Below are positions 50,773-64,000 of a stretch of 64,000 bases of DNA, piece by piece. The notes under the pieces were generated by a model, which made no database searches, had not been told where the DNA came from, and saw only the letters and a program-made list of their open reading frames with translations. A program made the position numbers and the translations under genes. The first letter of the stretch is position 1, and every line of letters begins with the position of its first letter. The stretch is taken from positions 21,330,001 to 21,394,000 of the forward strand of contig CM119371.1 of the NCBI GenBank assembly GCA_051294905.1, given 5' to 3'. Origin of the DNA: Botryllus schlosseri. Taxonomy: Eukaryota.

Positions 50773-51032
50773 CAGAGATGGCCAATCTTTTTGCTATCCA
50801 CGGCCCCATTTCGAATACTTGAGCAGCCTACGGACGCATTCCTGGGCATGTTAGACGCCAAATATACATATTAAACTGTCCTTGCCCATTACCGGTGAAC
50901 TCCGGATTAAGATATGTTTTCATATCGGCTTATTATACGCACTAAAATCGACGGCCGCCAGTACATACTAATTGAATTACGTGTTGACGGCCGTCGAATT
51001 TTCTTTCCACGACCGAAGGTTGGCCACCCCTG
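50773..51032 (-). mobile_element. Short, internally deleted B-family MITE
   Basis: Ends CAGAGATGGCCAA / TTGGCCACCCCTG; TSD GGCTAGGA / GGCTACAA; homologous to both ends of 31091-31615. Confidence 0.8.
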
Positions 51033-54000
51033 GGCTACAATTAATTCCAGTTCCATCCGCATGCCGCGATTTTATCAATAGAAATCGACTGTCTACCAAA
51101 GGATCAATACTTTAAAAATCGATATTGTTGTTCTCGAAACGAGTACGTCCAGCAATCAAGTTTATCGCAATATAGAAGGCTCCCTGTTCAAACGAATCAG
51201 AGTTTGTGTCACCCAGAATCTCGTGATGCATCAATATCTGACAACGGCATACGTTAAAAACGAAAATACCTCTTTGAAAATGACATTGTGGGATAATTCC
51301 AGAGTTTGAATGTATCAAGCAGACAACAAGAAATATAGATGACGACAAACGAGAAAGCGTGTATTTTAATCGGTATCGCCACGAATGACTGTTGAGTCTG
51401 ACTCCATATTAGTAGCTTTCGTCGCGAAAATTGTTATCTCAATATATCGGTGTTTACGCTGTATTGCTGCATTTCCCGAGTAATGTTACTGACAAAGCCT
51501 CGTTAGAGAAGCGAATTCCAATTTGCAGGCACACACCAATACACTTTCCAATTACGCGTTCCTATTACCAAGACTATCACGAAGCTAGTTATAGCTCAAG
51601 AATAGTTTTGTAAACTAATATGGACGTACATAACCGCGTATGTCGGCGCCTATGGTATAGGTATTCGTTTCTATTCATGCGAGTGCTCTCGAGTTCTTCT
51701 GGAATCAAGGTTATGAAAAAACAGGAGCAAATGGATGGCGTGAAGAGATTTCAGTCCCTTTCTAGTATCCGAAATACTTAGATATTTATTTTCAAGGAAC
51801 TGTCAAGGAATGTGCATTAATTTCAGAGTTGAAAAAAGAGCGAAGCTATACTTTTTTTTGACTATATGCAGCATTATTGACGATATATAGCAAAGTTGAA
51901 AGTGGTCGAGAAATATTTGCGTCAATTTCACGAAGGAAGTGGTTACAACAACGCTACGTAATATCCACTACATCAAGGTAGTGTAGTATACCGCCATATA
52001 TTTTGGAAAAATGCACCTAGATGCCTCGTATAGTTATATCATGCTAGTCGCGAATATTCATGCTACGAGTTCGAGAGTAGCCACCTTTGCTTTATTCCTC
52101 ACAAAGGGCCCCCTCGATCGAGTCAACTTCGGGTCAACATGAAATTCGTTTCAAACTTACTTAATCAATTACTTCCCATACCTTGATTTTCCAATTCAGC
52201 GTTAAGTAGCTCTGACATGTCTTGATTTCTTTTACCTTTAATTAGCTGGATGTTAAACGACGTGATGATCGAAGAGAGCTTACAAATCTATGAATAGGTT
52301 TTAATGCATGAAGCAAATTTTGCGGTTTCGCAAACCCTCTACAATAATTTGCTGACTGCCGGTTGGAACGAATGCTATATACTTTGTCAATTGTTCAGCT
52401 TGAATTACATTGTAGTTTGCTTCTATTGTCGGAGTCTGCACTCGCGAATTTACAGCCGGAATGTAGAAAACGCCAAGGTTGGAGAATGAATTTTATATGT
52501 AGGCCTACTACTCGAGACATATGGCGTGTCAGTGAAATGGCTTGAGATAATTTGGAGTCGACGGCATGCCTTGGGAACATCGGCTTCCGACCAACAAGCC
52601 AGCATGGACATTGATACAAAATAATTCAAAAATGTGAATATTGCCTTCAAATATGTCGTTTCGCAAGTGCAATGAAACAAAGTTTTGTAATTTTACGCGA
52701 TAAATTAGAATGGTATCTGTTGAATTCACATGGCAGCGGTCTACGATGCTAGAAATAATAAGGATCAGCTCAGTAAGTGTTATACTTACTGTTAATATGA
52801 CTGTTACTTATTGACGCATCAACAAATACATGGTAAGTGATTAACTGCCCATTTCAATCACAAAAAAACAGTTTCCATCATATCTCTGGTTTGGCGTTTC
52901 GAACATGAGCACATTGCATAATGCTTAAGTACTATGTTGTTATCACGCCATTGTCTACCGATTGTTAGAACAATGGCTTCAATGTTGTTAGACAGGACCT
53001 GGGTCTTTGAGCTTTGTCGCGGATGAAATCGCCTAATTGGCCGGATGCAGCCCTCGAGCCGTCTGTTTGACAACTCTGATCTTTATTGTTACAACATGGA
53101 CTGCTATCTGTATTCTTAGAAGAGACTTGACATTTTGATAACGGTAACTATCGGGTCTTATGGAGTATTGAGACCACGAAAAAGTCGGTAATCGGTCGAT
53201 CATAGTGCGATGTTTTTGTAACTAGAATAATCGAAACGCACCTACAGTCAAATCCAGTTGACGAAGTGTTGTAATCAGGATGGCAAACTACCCGTTTTCT
53301 TGGTTGAGGACATCTCTCTTCTACTTTGGGGAGAGCATGGGGTGTATATACCAATTATACCAGCTGGCGCGTTACTTGCATTGAATCCGAATAGACATCC
53401 TCTCTGAATCATTGCTGAATCATTGCTTTCACAGCTTTTAACAAGAACTGAGAAGACTAGCTACGATTTTACCTACAGGACACAAGATCAGGAGCTATTC
53501 ATAATATGGGCTCTGAACAAATGGTGGCTTCAACTATTTTCTCAAATTTAACCAGAATTGCGCTTCGGGAATCTCTCCGCAACAAACATTTCTGGATTTG
53601 CTTTTTCGATAAGGGGGTGGGGAGTAGGGTAGAGTTAAAAATGAAAATTTTAGAATTTTAAAAATACGTCGTCGTATGTGGTGCCAAATAGTAAATAAAT
53701 AAATTGTATCATAATTTTGGGTTCGAACACCCTCCAGTGGTCGTGCAATTTCACAGAACGAGCCAAGAACAGGTAATGTCGCCATATCTTGATCATCACT
53801 TACACTAGAAAGTCAGTTTTGGGCTTAAAAGATGCAGAAGCAACATGTTTTTGTCTCACTTCCACAGAACTTATAAGTCATAGGCAAATTTCTGATTTTA
53901 TTAGTAAAATTATTCGCTGAAGGAGTGGGTAAGATGTCAAAAGCTTTTAGTGGTTGATCTTATGACTGAGCAACACATCAATTAGAACTACTTTTCATGG

Positions 54001-54224
54001 TAGTGAAGCATCTACCCTTGTCTCAGGATTAAAACGTAAAGATAGCCTCATCAGACAAAAACTGAAGTCGTGAAATCAGATGAAATTTTTCAATACTAAA
54101 CATGATTTTAATGTTTGTGCACACTGATTCTCATATCATACTGCTACAAAAATTTCCCGTTTCCAGTATAGAATTGATGTTTATGTTTTGAATGCGTATT
54201 TTCAATTTTTTTGCTTTCATTCAG

Positions 54225-54268
54225 GAGCTTTGTGACAAATATGATACAAACCCTACGACAGCATATTG
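54225..54268 (+). CDS. Possible small internal exon of an unidentified host gene
   Basis: Polypyrimidine tract plus TTCAG acceptor, 44 bp with an open frame ELCDKYDTNPTTAY, G|GTAAGA donor. Confidence 0.3.
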
Positions 54269-57200
54269 GTAAGAAATCTCATGAGGGCCATTGTTATAAA
54301 CTTACCGATATCGTGACGCTGTACTACCATTGGACGCTGTTTTAAATTCAATTTTAGCAGTCTCTATTCGATGTCCGAGACCGATTTATGTTTGGAGGGG
54401 GTTTCACACAACGTATAGTGTCATTGTTAAGCTTTATATATTTGTATTCACTGATGGTGGATCCGTACTGAAACGGTGAATTCGCTCAACAGTTGCATGA
54501 GCGCCTTTTCTTTCTCTTGATGAAGACACGACATGTAGGCTTCAGCCGTTTCCTTCACAATGAAGCAGTCATGCTGTAAAAGCTTCTGTGAAGCAGGTGT
54601 TGTTTGTTCATCTTGTATTTCGTACATCAACATGTCCTGAATTAATCTTAAATCATCACCTGCCAAACTACTAACAATGCGCACTCAGAATCTCGCCGAT
54701 AGCAGACTTCTTGAACACCTGATCAGCAAGCTGCTGCTGCCGTGGTCATTGAAGCATAGCCGATTAGCCAATCAAGAGCCGTGGTTATTTGATTACTAGT
54801 CTCCTCGCCGTTCTATGGGAAGTGGCACGCCCATTCTTGAGCAGCTACTTTCAAACGCTTTGACCGAAATCTTAACGGCTTTCCTGAAAGCTTCTTTCAG
54901 GCTAATTGTTTTTTTTTTTTTTATCAATAATCTATAGAATGAGACACAATCACGGAGACTTTTTGAAATTTTTCCAAATTTTGTACAGCCCTAATGTACA
55001 TATAATGCGATTATCCAAGAACTGTGACATATTTTCACATCTTTACCGCGATCCCCTTCTATAACACGTAAAAAGATGATACTGATGAGAGAGAGATGAT
55101 ATTGAAATGTAAAAGTATCTTCTCCAATCTCACCATTTTGGTTTGGAAGCAGGTTGCTCCCCGGATTATTAGTTTATTTACAAGTTTTACTGTGAATAAA
55201 TCATATGGTAATTAAACAATTTGTTAATTTGTTAAAAAATAGGTCCAAAGTTGGAATTGGCATTATGTATCGATGGATCATTGACGCACCAAATTACAAT
55301 AGGCATCCATTCGGAGCTTCTGAAATTTTCGCAGCTACGACTTATCCAAACTATAATACGTTGTGATCCGGTGTAGATTCCCGTGTATGATGCTACTTCA
55401 GAATGTAAACTGTACTACCGTGGATGCGAATTAATTTCGAGGCGGGTAACGCGAAGCCATCTCCTGGCCGCACTGCTTGGTACGCAGATCAATAAATAAT
55501 ATCGCAATCCCAATATTGTTTGCAGAGCAGCGACGACAAAGCACCGTTCCGGAGTTTTAAAAATATTTTACAACACGACCAAACTTTGAAAATGAATGAT
55601 ATAGTTTGATCTTACCGATATTTATACTACTGCAAAGGCTGTAAAGAAGTGGTCGCGAATGGTTTAAACTTTGAAGGGAATTTTCACTTTATAGCCTGAA
55701 AAGATATATGTGACTTTTACATATTGTAAAATTATTAAAAATCTAAAATGTCGTCGCGAGCCGCACAAAATGTACTGGCGGGCCGCTTGTTTGAGACCTC
55801 TTGGGCATGCTGTTTTCTGTAGTCTTGCATATGTTTGGTTAAGCTTGCTCACGAAACGCGTGATACTGGGCTTGCTTCGCTACGGATCGAGCGGGTATGT
55901 GTGTGGTTGTTAATCATCTATAAAAGTGTAATTTAATACTTAATGTTGTATAATTACCACTGATTTCAATAAAACATGGGCCCAGGACGTTTTAAATTAC
56001 CCTGCCAGTATGTCATGACTCGCCAATAAAAAAAAGGTATGAAACCAATGATACACGCCTAAAGCCCAATACAAAAGAATCGTGTTGAAAAGATAATTCT
56101 ATCAAGGATAAATTTCATGCGACATCTCCATCGATGGATCAACATGGCGTACAATTGGTTGTATGCACCTTTTCTATTCCATACATGCCCGTAAAATCGC
56201 AACGTACTGACATCGCAAATACATTCAGTTCAATGTGTGATTTAATTTCACGTAGCGTCCAATTGCGTTGCGAGATCTCGTTAAAACTTAGATCTGGGCC
56301 ACACTTTAAAAAGTTTCTGAACCACAGCTGTAAGACGATGTTGGGTAGCCTATTCAGAGCGATGGCGCTGTGTAGAAGTGCAGTCCGGCAGTCGGATTTG
56401 ACGTGAGGTTATTATTCGCGCAATAGTAGCAGGATGCTTATGTTGGTAACAGTGGAAAAACTTGTGCATAGATTACACCTAAATTCAGTTTGGCTGACTA
56501 GATGTATAAAGTCTCATACATTCACGCTCGCTCGCCTCTAGACTCGGTGCAGGAATGAAGTAGTAAATGGAGATTCGCCCTCTCAAAAACGAAGTCTGTA
56601 GCAATGCTCTTAACTAGGAAAAGAAAGATTCTCAATTCTAATTGCCTATTTAATTTCTTATTTTAATTGCCCAGTTATACAAACATTTTCTGTTAAAAGA
56701 TTTTTTGTTCGGGATAGTGGGAAAGACTAGTTGCAGGAGTAAAGTCAATCACGGTGACTTCGGAATGTTTACAAAAATCAAATTTCTCCCGTGATACACA
56801 ACCTTTCCTTCCATACAAACTTCAAGATAGACAAAAATGACGAGGCTTGATGTTATATGTTCATTAAAAAAATGTTTGTCAATTTCCGTGCCATATTTGT
56901 TGACATCATGCACAAAAGTGTCGCCGGCTGCGTTCCGCGTTAATATAATATTCGCCTTCATCTATATTAGCATAAATGGATTTCGTTCATGTCCAATCGA
57001 AAGCGCGGATTTCTTGGACACGATCACTTATTTCAAGAAGTATAGTTGCAGGATTTCCTTTGAAATAATAGAAGTCAACCCAATTTATTCATGAATAGCA
57101 TGATCGAAAATGAAATCATAGCGCCATGCTGCGTTCATAGTAGCTTTTTACTTCGGTGTAATTGTATGCATCTTACAGAATGGAAAGATACACAAAATGC

Positions 57201-58140
57201 AGTTTTAGCCCATGCTGCATGGCTTAGAACTGTATTTAAGGAATTAGTGTACTGATTTAAGCCTAAATATGTGTGGTTCACCCAGTAATGCAGTATACGG
57301 AATTTTTTGAATCGTTCGGTATCGAATTACTGAACGGTGTACTTCTGAAGGTATACCTATGCCGTTAGTGCCATATATTTTCAACAAAACAGTCTGTAGT
57401 AAAATGTAAATTTATATAATCAATGAGAATCACGAAAAACCATTATCAAACCCATCCTTAGACACTTATAGGCGATAAGGATGTTTATAATTTGTTATTT
57501 ATTTTTCACAATTTTTTTTCAAATTTGTCAAATTTACCAGTTTTTTTCTGGGTTTCCCACAAGAATTGAACTTCAACATTTTAGCCCATGCTATAAGAGA
57601 CCTTGACATACATATTTGTGAAGAAATTGTTTGGTATCAACATAGTCCACAGATTTGTGGGGTATTTCATAAAATGGCTCTACTATATCATATTGGGACA
57701 TCGTATCGTATGCGATGCTACTGCGTTCGAAAGTTCGAGAAATATGCTAGTTGACTTGCATATATAGGCTATGTATTGGCGCTTGATGCGTACGAATCAA
57801 TTGTGAAATCGAAAGGACGCGCGTTCGACGTGAATGATCAATGTTCATATAGTTCTCGGATCGCATACAACGGCTCGCTTGCGTTTCCAGCATTGCAGGC
57901 TTAAATCGGCGCCCACTATATTGCCGTAAACCTGAAGTAGCCGCCTAGCGGTCTGAGCTACTCTTACGGCTCAGACACCAGAGGGAATAGCGGTGTGCGA
58001 GAAAATGTTCTCGATTTCTTGAAAATAAAATACAATTTTGTTCTTCTATATCTACTGACGTCATACTTAGGCCCTCTCCTGGTATATGACCACCTGATTG
58101 CGTTTCGCATGAATCTCTACGTTCCAACGAGACATTACAC

Positions 58141-59075
58141 CAGGGGTCACCAACACGCGGCCCGCCAAGTCATATTCTGCGGCCCGCGACCTGATTTGAG
58201 ATAAGAAAACCAATTTGTAATTCTGAAATTAACTACAATTTCAACACGTTGTTTTTGTTTCAAAATAAGCTATTCTCTTGTGCCCAACATCACTATTCGT
58301 CATTATAGCTAAAACGGCTGTGGTGATGGCAACAGCATTCCATCGAGGGAGAATCAGCTGATGTGAATGGCGATATTGTCTTGACTTGTAACGGCCCAAA
58401 CTTTGCCAAGACCGATACGCATAGAAAACGGCTTAGGGCAGTGGTTCCCAAACTGGGGGCGCAAAAGCATCTGAAGGGGAGGCGGAGATGCGCTCAAATA
58501 AAAAAAATTTCGCATCTATTTCATAGTTATTGCTATGTGTATAGTCCGGAAATCATCTTATAGAATTATGTTATCAACATCCATGAATGACCTTCATACC
58601 ATCAAACTAGCCGTTGGGATTGCTAGCATTCTGGTTGCATTTTGTGATATGACGATTTTTCACTATCATAAAGTGGTGTGTGTCTAAAAAAGTTTGAGGA
58701 CCACTGGCTTAGAGCTTCCCCACCAGATCAAGTTTTACATTACCATGTTCTTTCAGCTAGTAACGTATCTCGCTAGTCCTAATATCGATTCCTTAATCGC
58801 CGAAAAGCGTTCCCAGGTATCGTGCACAGCTCACAGTTCAAAATAAAATATAATTGGTGATAATGATTTTTGTTGTATTTGTATTCCTTCGATGAAATAT
58901 TATTTCTTTTGTGGTCAAATATGCCCATCGCCTATGTTGGGTGGCTTATCGTTGTACTGGCGTAGAGTTGTAGAATGTGGTTTCCTATTTTACATCGATA
59001 TCGAATTCATGCAGCCCGCGGCCTCTACGAAATTTGAAAAGTGGCCCACGACCCGTTTTGAGTTGGTGACCCCCG
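58141..59075 (+). mobile_element. MITE D copy 2
   Basis: TIR CAGGGGTCACCAAC / GTTGGTGACCCCCG; perfect TSD CATTACAC at 58133-58140 and 59076-59083. Confidence 0.9.
58439..58706. mobile_element. Small hAT MITE nested in D copy 2
   Basis: TIR CAGTGGTTCCCAAAC / GTTTGAGGACCACTG; TSD GCTTAGGG / GCTTAGAG. Confidence 0.82.
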
Positions 59076-59228
59076 CATTACACGCTATTATAGCGCTTCA
59101 TAGCCCAGCGCTACGATCTTGGAAAGGTAGACATGATAAGCCGAATCACGCGGCCGCCGCCGATGAGTAATCGATTACGTAATTGCGTGATCTCGCGGAA
59201 TACAATTCACTTCCAATTTTACATCACA

Positions 59229-59474
59229 TAGGGTTACCATACATCATCTTTTTAGAGGATTTGTCCTCTTTTTTGACTTTCTTGAAAGTGTCCTCGGAGG
59301 ACGGCCGTTTGCCCTCTTTTTTGAGATTTTGTCCTCTTTTTTGAAAATTGAGGTCAGATTTAGAGCAAATTGGGAGTGATATGTCGTAAATCAGCAGAGA
59401 AGTGACGCTCCGTCGGGTATTTCGGAGCGAAAAAAAGTGTTCTCTTTTTAGATTTCCAAAATATGGTAAGCTTA
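59229..59474 (+). mobile_element. MITE E copy 3, internally deleted
   Basis: TAGGGTTACCATA ... TATGGTAAGCTTA; colinear with both ends of 21282-21742. Confidence 0.85.
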
Positions 59475-60952
59475 ACATAACATAGTAACTATTTTATATA
59501 TCTCCATGCTATTGAAGTGGTATCAACCCCAGTGGCTTGTTATATGTAACTTGCAACTGCATAACGGATTCGTAAGTACACATCTTGGCTCATTCGTCAC
59601 TGCCCAATGCCCATATACGCTCGAGAAGTCACTTCATGTGATACATTATTGCTTTATTTCTCATCAATTTGAACTGTATTCTACACGGCTAATGTTCCAT
59701 GTATGATCAACAGTATTCATGGAATCCAACAGTTACTTCGTGTGCCATCTAAACCGATATATATAACCCCTATATGATGTTGTTATTACTGGCTCTGGTA
59801 CCAAAATAGACTAACTCTCACGCTTATTTGTGTAGTGTTAGGTCTGGTGTCGGCTTTCTTATACAACATGATTTTCACGAAAATAAGGTATTGTATTCGT
59901 TCACGTCGATTTGAAACATCCCTACGTGCTAATCTTCGATATAAGGACTTTCATAAAATAGTATGACCAACAACAAGTCATAGAAGATAACTGTAATTGG
60001 TTATATGACGTCTAGAACGAAGATACAATGGTTTATATTCACGCGAACATCATTATCAAATTCAATTTTGCGGGAAAATTTTTGCGTGTTCAATCTGCAT
60101 TTCAAGCAGGATATACATTGATGTAATAGGTTGTACATTGTCTTATGTATGCGTATTCATAAAAACTATCCATGTAATCGATTGTTACAGTTTAGAAAGT
60201 AATGCAGGTCGAGCTATCTTATAATAAATACCGACTCCTCCTTGTTGAACGATCGCGGTCCATTATACTGGTCCGCCGGTCGCAAAGGGACACGCCCTCT
60301 TTACGAAGGCGTGATACCCAATGAATTTTGTCATCACTAACCTCCAAGATGGCGGTCGAGAGTCATGAGCTCTGCGACAATTCGTAGCTGTTGTTTTGGC
60401 AAGTTCACTTGACACTTGTAATCATATCACGCCCTTATGCAAGTTTTAAAATGCAGCAATCCGGATACGTTTATTCTCAAAACAGCAGAAAGTTTTAGGA
60501 AAAGTCATGTCCATGTCATTTTGCATAACGATTTTCTGGAAACTCACTGCTCCGACTCCGGCCGCATCTTTAATTCAGTTTGTTCAATCCAAAATCAATG
60601 TGTGTTCCTATCCGTCAAACACAGCGGGCCTATAGCAGATGGGGGGAATTTTCAAACTTAGCAATGAGTGTATCTCCAGGTATATGTGTGTGTATTGGTG
60701 ATTTCGAAACATTGATAAAATATCGTTCGCCATTCTGTGGTAGTGCATCTTCTTCAAAAATGAATTGTCGATAAATAAGTGTATTTTCCAAATTTACACC
60801 GTAGCGAATCAGGTAAACGACACTTCACGTTACATAATTTTGACTTCACGCGTACACCAATTGGTGTAAGCGATTCAAATGCACCAATCCTTATACATAT
60901 ATATTTCATGATTGAATTTTTATGAAGCTTCGCAGTGAACATAGGCGTATGG

Positions 60953-61784
60953 CAGTGGTTCCCAACCTGTGGTACGCGTACCACTAGTGGTACGCGAAGG
61001 TCTTCCAGGTGGTACGCGAGTAGATTCTGTCTTTTTTTCGACCGAAGGTAGTTATTAGTTAAGGTGGGGTTGAACACAAACATTGTTCTTCAATAAACTT
61101 CCGGCTTAGCATGGCCTCCTCGCACTAGACTCTAACTTCTCGCGCTATTCCCCAGCTGCTAATTTTCCCTTCTACGTGGGAGCGCGAGCAAGGATTTTTA
61201 TCTCTGATGACTATCAAGTCGAAGAAACGAAACCGACTAGTTGCACCCATGCGCGATTTACCCTTATCACATTGTTTCTGCTCTGTGTGTAGTTCTAATT
61301 GCATATTTAAGAGATCTTTTATCAACTGTCATAACCTTCCAAGCCTTCAAATTATTCGTTGGGATTGCTAGCATTCTAGTTGTATTTTGTGATATGACGA
61401 TAAGCGGGGGCGCGAAATTATTCACATCATAAAGGGGGGCGTGTCTATAAAAGTTCGAGAACCGCTGAGCTAGTGGAAAATTTGCTAATGCAGCCATCGC
61501 ATAAAAACAATTGACGTTTGTTGTTTGCTGTTATTTCATCATGTTGTTCTTCTTGTGACTGGTGGTGAAAAAAATTTCATGCATCCCATTAACCCTGGCT
61601 GATAATGCCTAGTTTATTAGCATTTCCTCTTACGCCTCGCATAGGTCAAATACGTCGTTATAACGTCATAAATGACGGAAACATTTTTGACCGCCTTCAG
61701 CGCGCGAAACTTATGTAGGTGGTACGCGAGCACTGCATAAAACCTCGAAATGGTACGTGGGTGAAAAAAGGTTGGGAACCACTG
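60953..61784. mobile_element. hAT MITE M with GTGGTACGCG subterminal repeats
   Basis: TIR CAGTGGTTCCCAACC / GGTTGGGAACCACTG; perfect TSD GCGTATGG at 60945-60952 and 61785-61792. Confidence 0.93.
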
Positions 61785-62519
61785 GCGTATGGCAACGCGT
61801 AACGTCACATTGCCATAGGAATTCGAAATATATCCCGTCAGGATTTTTTGTGCAGGATTCTTTATATATCGAGCTATAAAATATCGTAGAACTAGTACAT
61901 GTAGTTACTGCTGTTATATCGCTCGGATGATCACTATGTTTATGTGAGTCCGAGGACATTGCGGTTTCAGTGTTATTATTTTCAGTAGCCAATCAAACAT
62001 CCCACACGTGTGTTTAAATACATTGATTCCGCCTAATGCGACGAAGAATACAATGATATGCTCGCTATGCCCTGTCTAAATAAACCGTCGTTTAGACTTA
62101 TTATTATTACTAATATGCCGTTATCAAACGGTACATATTGAGGGTGTTTAAAAGGATATTTGAATCATCGGTAAGGAATGTTGATATATACATGGTGTTT
62201 CGACACAAAGCCACAATGTCGACAGCATCATTGCTTATTCGGCAATTAGGTTTTTGCTAACTCTCGTAAAGAGGATCTAATTACTCATCATGCAATTAAT
62301 GTCAACATTTCCATCATACTCAATAGTAAATTGTTTTTCTATGAGCACATGACCTTTATCAGATAATTTGCAATAAGCGTCAGCAGAATAGATGAACAAT
62401 ATTGGCAGAACCTCTTCGTGATAACATTTCTTGTCTGTTTTTTGTAGCCATCATTTGCGGTTGCTGTTCCTAGTCTGCGCTCCGGATTACTGAAGCACGA
62501 TATCATGTAATCGACCTCG

Positions 62520-64000
62520 CAGGGTTGTAGCCAAGTCACGACGCTTCGAGTCCCAAGTAAATCTCATTTCTATAGTTTTGACTCGAGTCAAGTCGAGACA
62601 TTTTCAATTTACTACCCCGTCAAGTCCGAGTCTGAGTCATCAAGCAGAGGTTCAAGTCCTAGTCATGGTATTTTGACTCGAGTCCGAGTCCAAGTCATTG
62701 TGTTCACTGTCCAGTTTCAAGTTAAAGTCTTGCTAAATCCACTATAATAACTCTGTTTTGTGATATCAAATGTCTAGCATTATAAGATACTAATTTTCTT
62801 CACTTTAACCATTTTCTGGTCGCATATGCGAGTACTTGTATCAATAGACCAGTGGTTCCCAAACGGTGGGGAATTCAATGATTTCTGGCGGGGAATAGAC
62901 GCATTTGTTCAAAATTATATATGACAGGACAGCCTACATATTCACGGAGTCACATGCGCAATTAACTGCTCTGGAATGTATGTATCGAAAATTATATTAC
63001 GCGTTGTTCACAAAACCTCATTTTTAACTCTGGATGGCCAATGGTGGCGTCACAAACGTATCCAGCACGACTAGTTTACGTGAAATAACGCTATCGCGAA
63101 ATTCTGAGTGTTACTGGCACGTTTTATGTTGCAGTTAAAGGCGATTGTCTTGCATACTGGTGTGGTTGTGTGTCTTGTGTAGTCAAACCAGGAGATAGCT
63201 GCTTTTTTATGACAAAAGTGCGGGGTAGTGGGGAGCGGGCCCGTAACTGCCGCACCCCAAACCCCCCAATTGGGGGGCGAGCTCGAAGAGGCCCAACATT
63301 ATTTCGTGAATTAACATAAATTAAAGTATTTTTTTAAAAATTCATGCCACTTTATCAAAAAAATTTCGCGCTTGGTGCGCGATTTAATATTGCTGAATAT
63401 CTGATTATTCGGTAACCTTCCCCCACGAAAATAGGCTACGTAGAATTTATAGAAATGGAGACTTCGGCGTCCGCCATTACTGCGCCACGACGCACCAATG
63501 CCATGCCAATGCAACTACGAGAAGTGTGCCAGAACGATCAGCAGCGAGAAGACCTTGGCCGAGAAGGAATGGCCTTGTGGTGACCGAAAACTAAACAGTA
63601 TACCCAATGTAGCTGCTAGGTAGCGGGGAAAAAGCGTACAGGCTCAGCGGGGCTGAGTTAGGTCTATCACCCAGTGGGGGGGGGGGGGGCAAGATCAACG
63701 TTTTTTTGGCGGGGCTGACGAACTGCTGTCACGGTCCTGGTGGGGAATGAAGGCTCTGAAGAAATCTGAAGTGGGGAATGAAGACGAAAAGGTTGGGAAC
63801 CACTGCAATAGACGAAATACCAATACGGTCGTTTCATTACTATTCTTCGAAATTACAATTAAATGTCGGTCTTGGCTGTCTGAGTCTCGAGTCATATGGC
63901 TTGGGTCGAGTCTTGCGCAATGACTCGAGTCCAAGTCCAGTAAATACACATTTTTACTCGAGTCGAGTCGAGTCATGTCCGTATTTTTACAAAATGTCTC
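62520..64000 (+). mobile_element. Family F element running off the window edge, interrupted by L
   Basis: Starts CAGGGTTGTAGCCAAGTC; colinear with 6662-7050; GACTCGAGTC arrays at both ends. Confidence 0.85.
62850..63805. mobile_element. hAT MITE L, containing a family A fragment (63236-63590)
   Basis: TIR CAGTGGTTCCCAA / TTGGGAACCACTG; perfect TSD CAATAGAC at 62842-62849 and 63806-63813; empty site AAATAGACGAAAT near 6935. Confidence 0.92.

Noticed and set aside
54448..54684. 78-aa minus-strand ORF as a gene
   Set aside because: Non-ATG start, no recognisable domain and no splice support.
60345..60355. YY1-like CAAGATGGCGG, and CCAAT boxes at about 50552 and 54768, as promoters
   Set aside because: Isolated short motifs with no supported downstream gene.

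Overview
AT-rich eukaryotic (probably invertebrate animal) genomic DNA, dominated by transposon debris. I see no prokaryotic operon, rRNA, intact tRNA or CRISPR array. I can delimit more than 25 non-autonomous hAT-superfamily elements or fragments (labelled families A-Q here; labels are mine), most by terminal inverted repeats (TIRs) and 8-bp target-site duplications (TSDs). Several form nests up to four levels deep, and three carry decayed hAT transposase fragments. There is also a decayed Ty3/Gypsy LTR retrotransposon (25.4-29.4 kb), a tRNA-derived SINE (24.3-24.7 kb) and one intact-looking 12-finger C2H2 zinc-finger ORF (38018-39193, minus) with a frameshifted partial tandem copy. The most notable observations: (1) the Gypsy element has no tRNA primer-binding site, but instead a sequence complementary to its own LTR, suggesting Tf1-like self-priming; (2) many helix differences between the two zinc-finger copies fall at DNA-contacting positions; (3) a MITE-in-MITE composite appears to have moved as one unit; (4) a Tol2-like element; (5) TSD sequence classes track TIR classes. 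Host exons outside the zinc-finger gene are only weakly supported.
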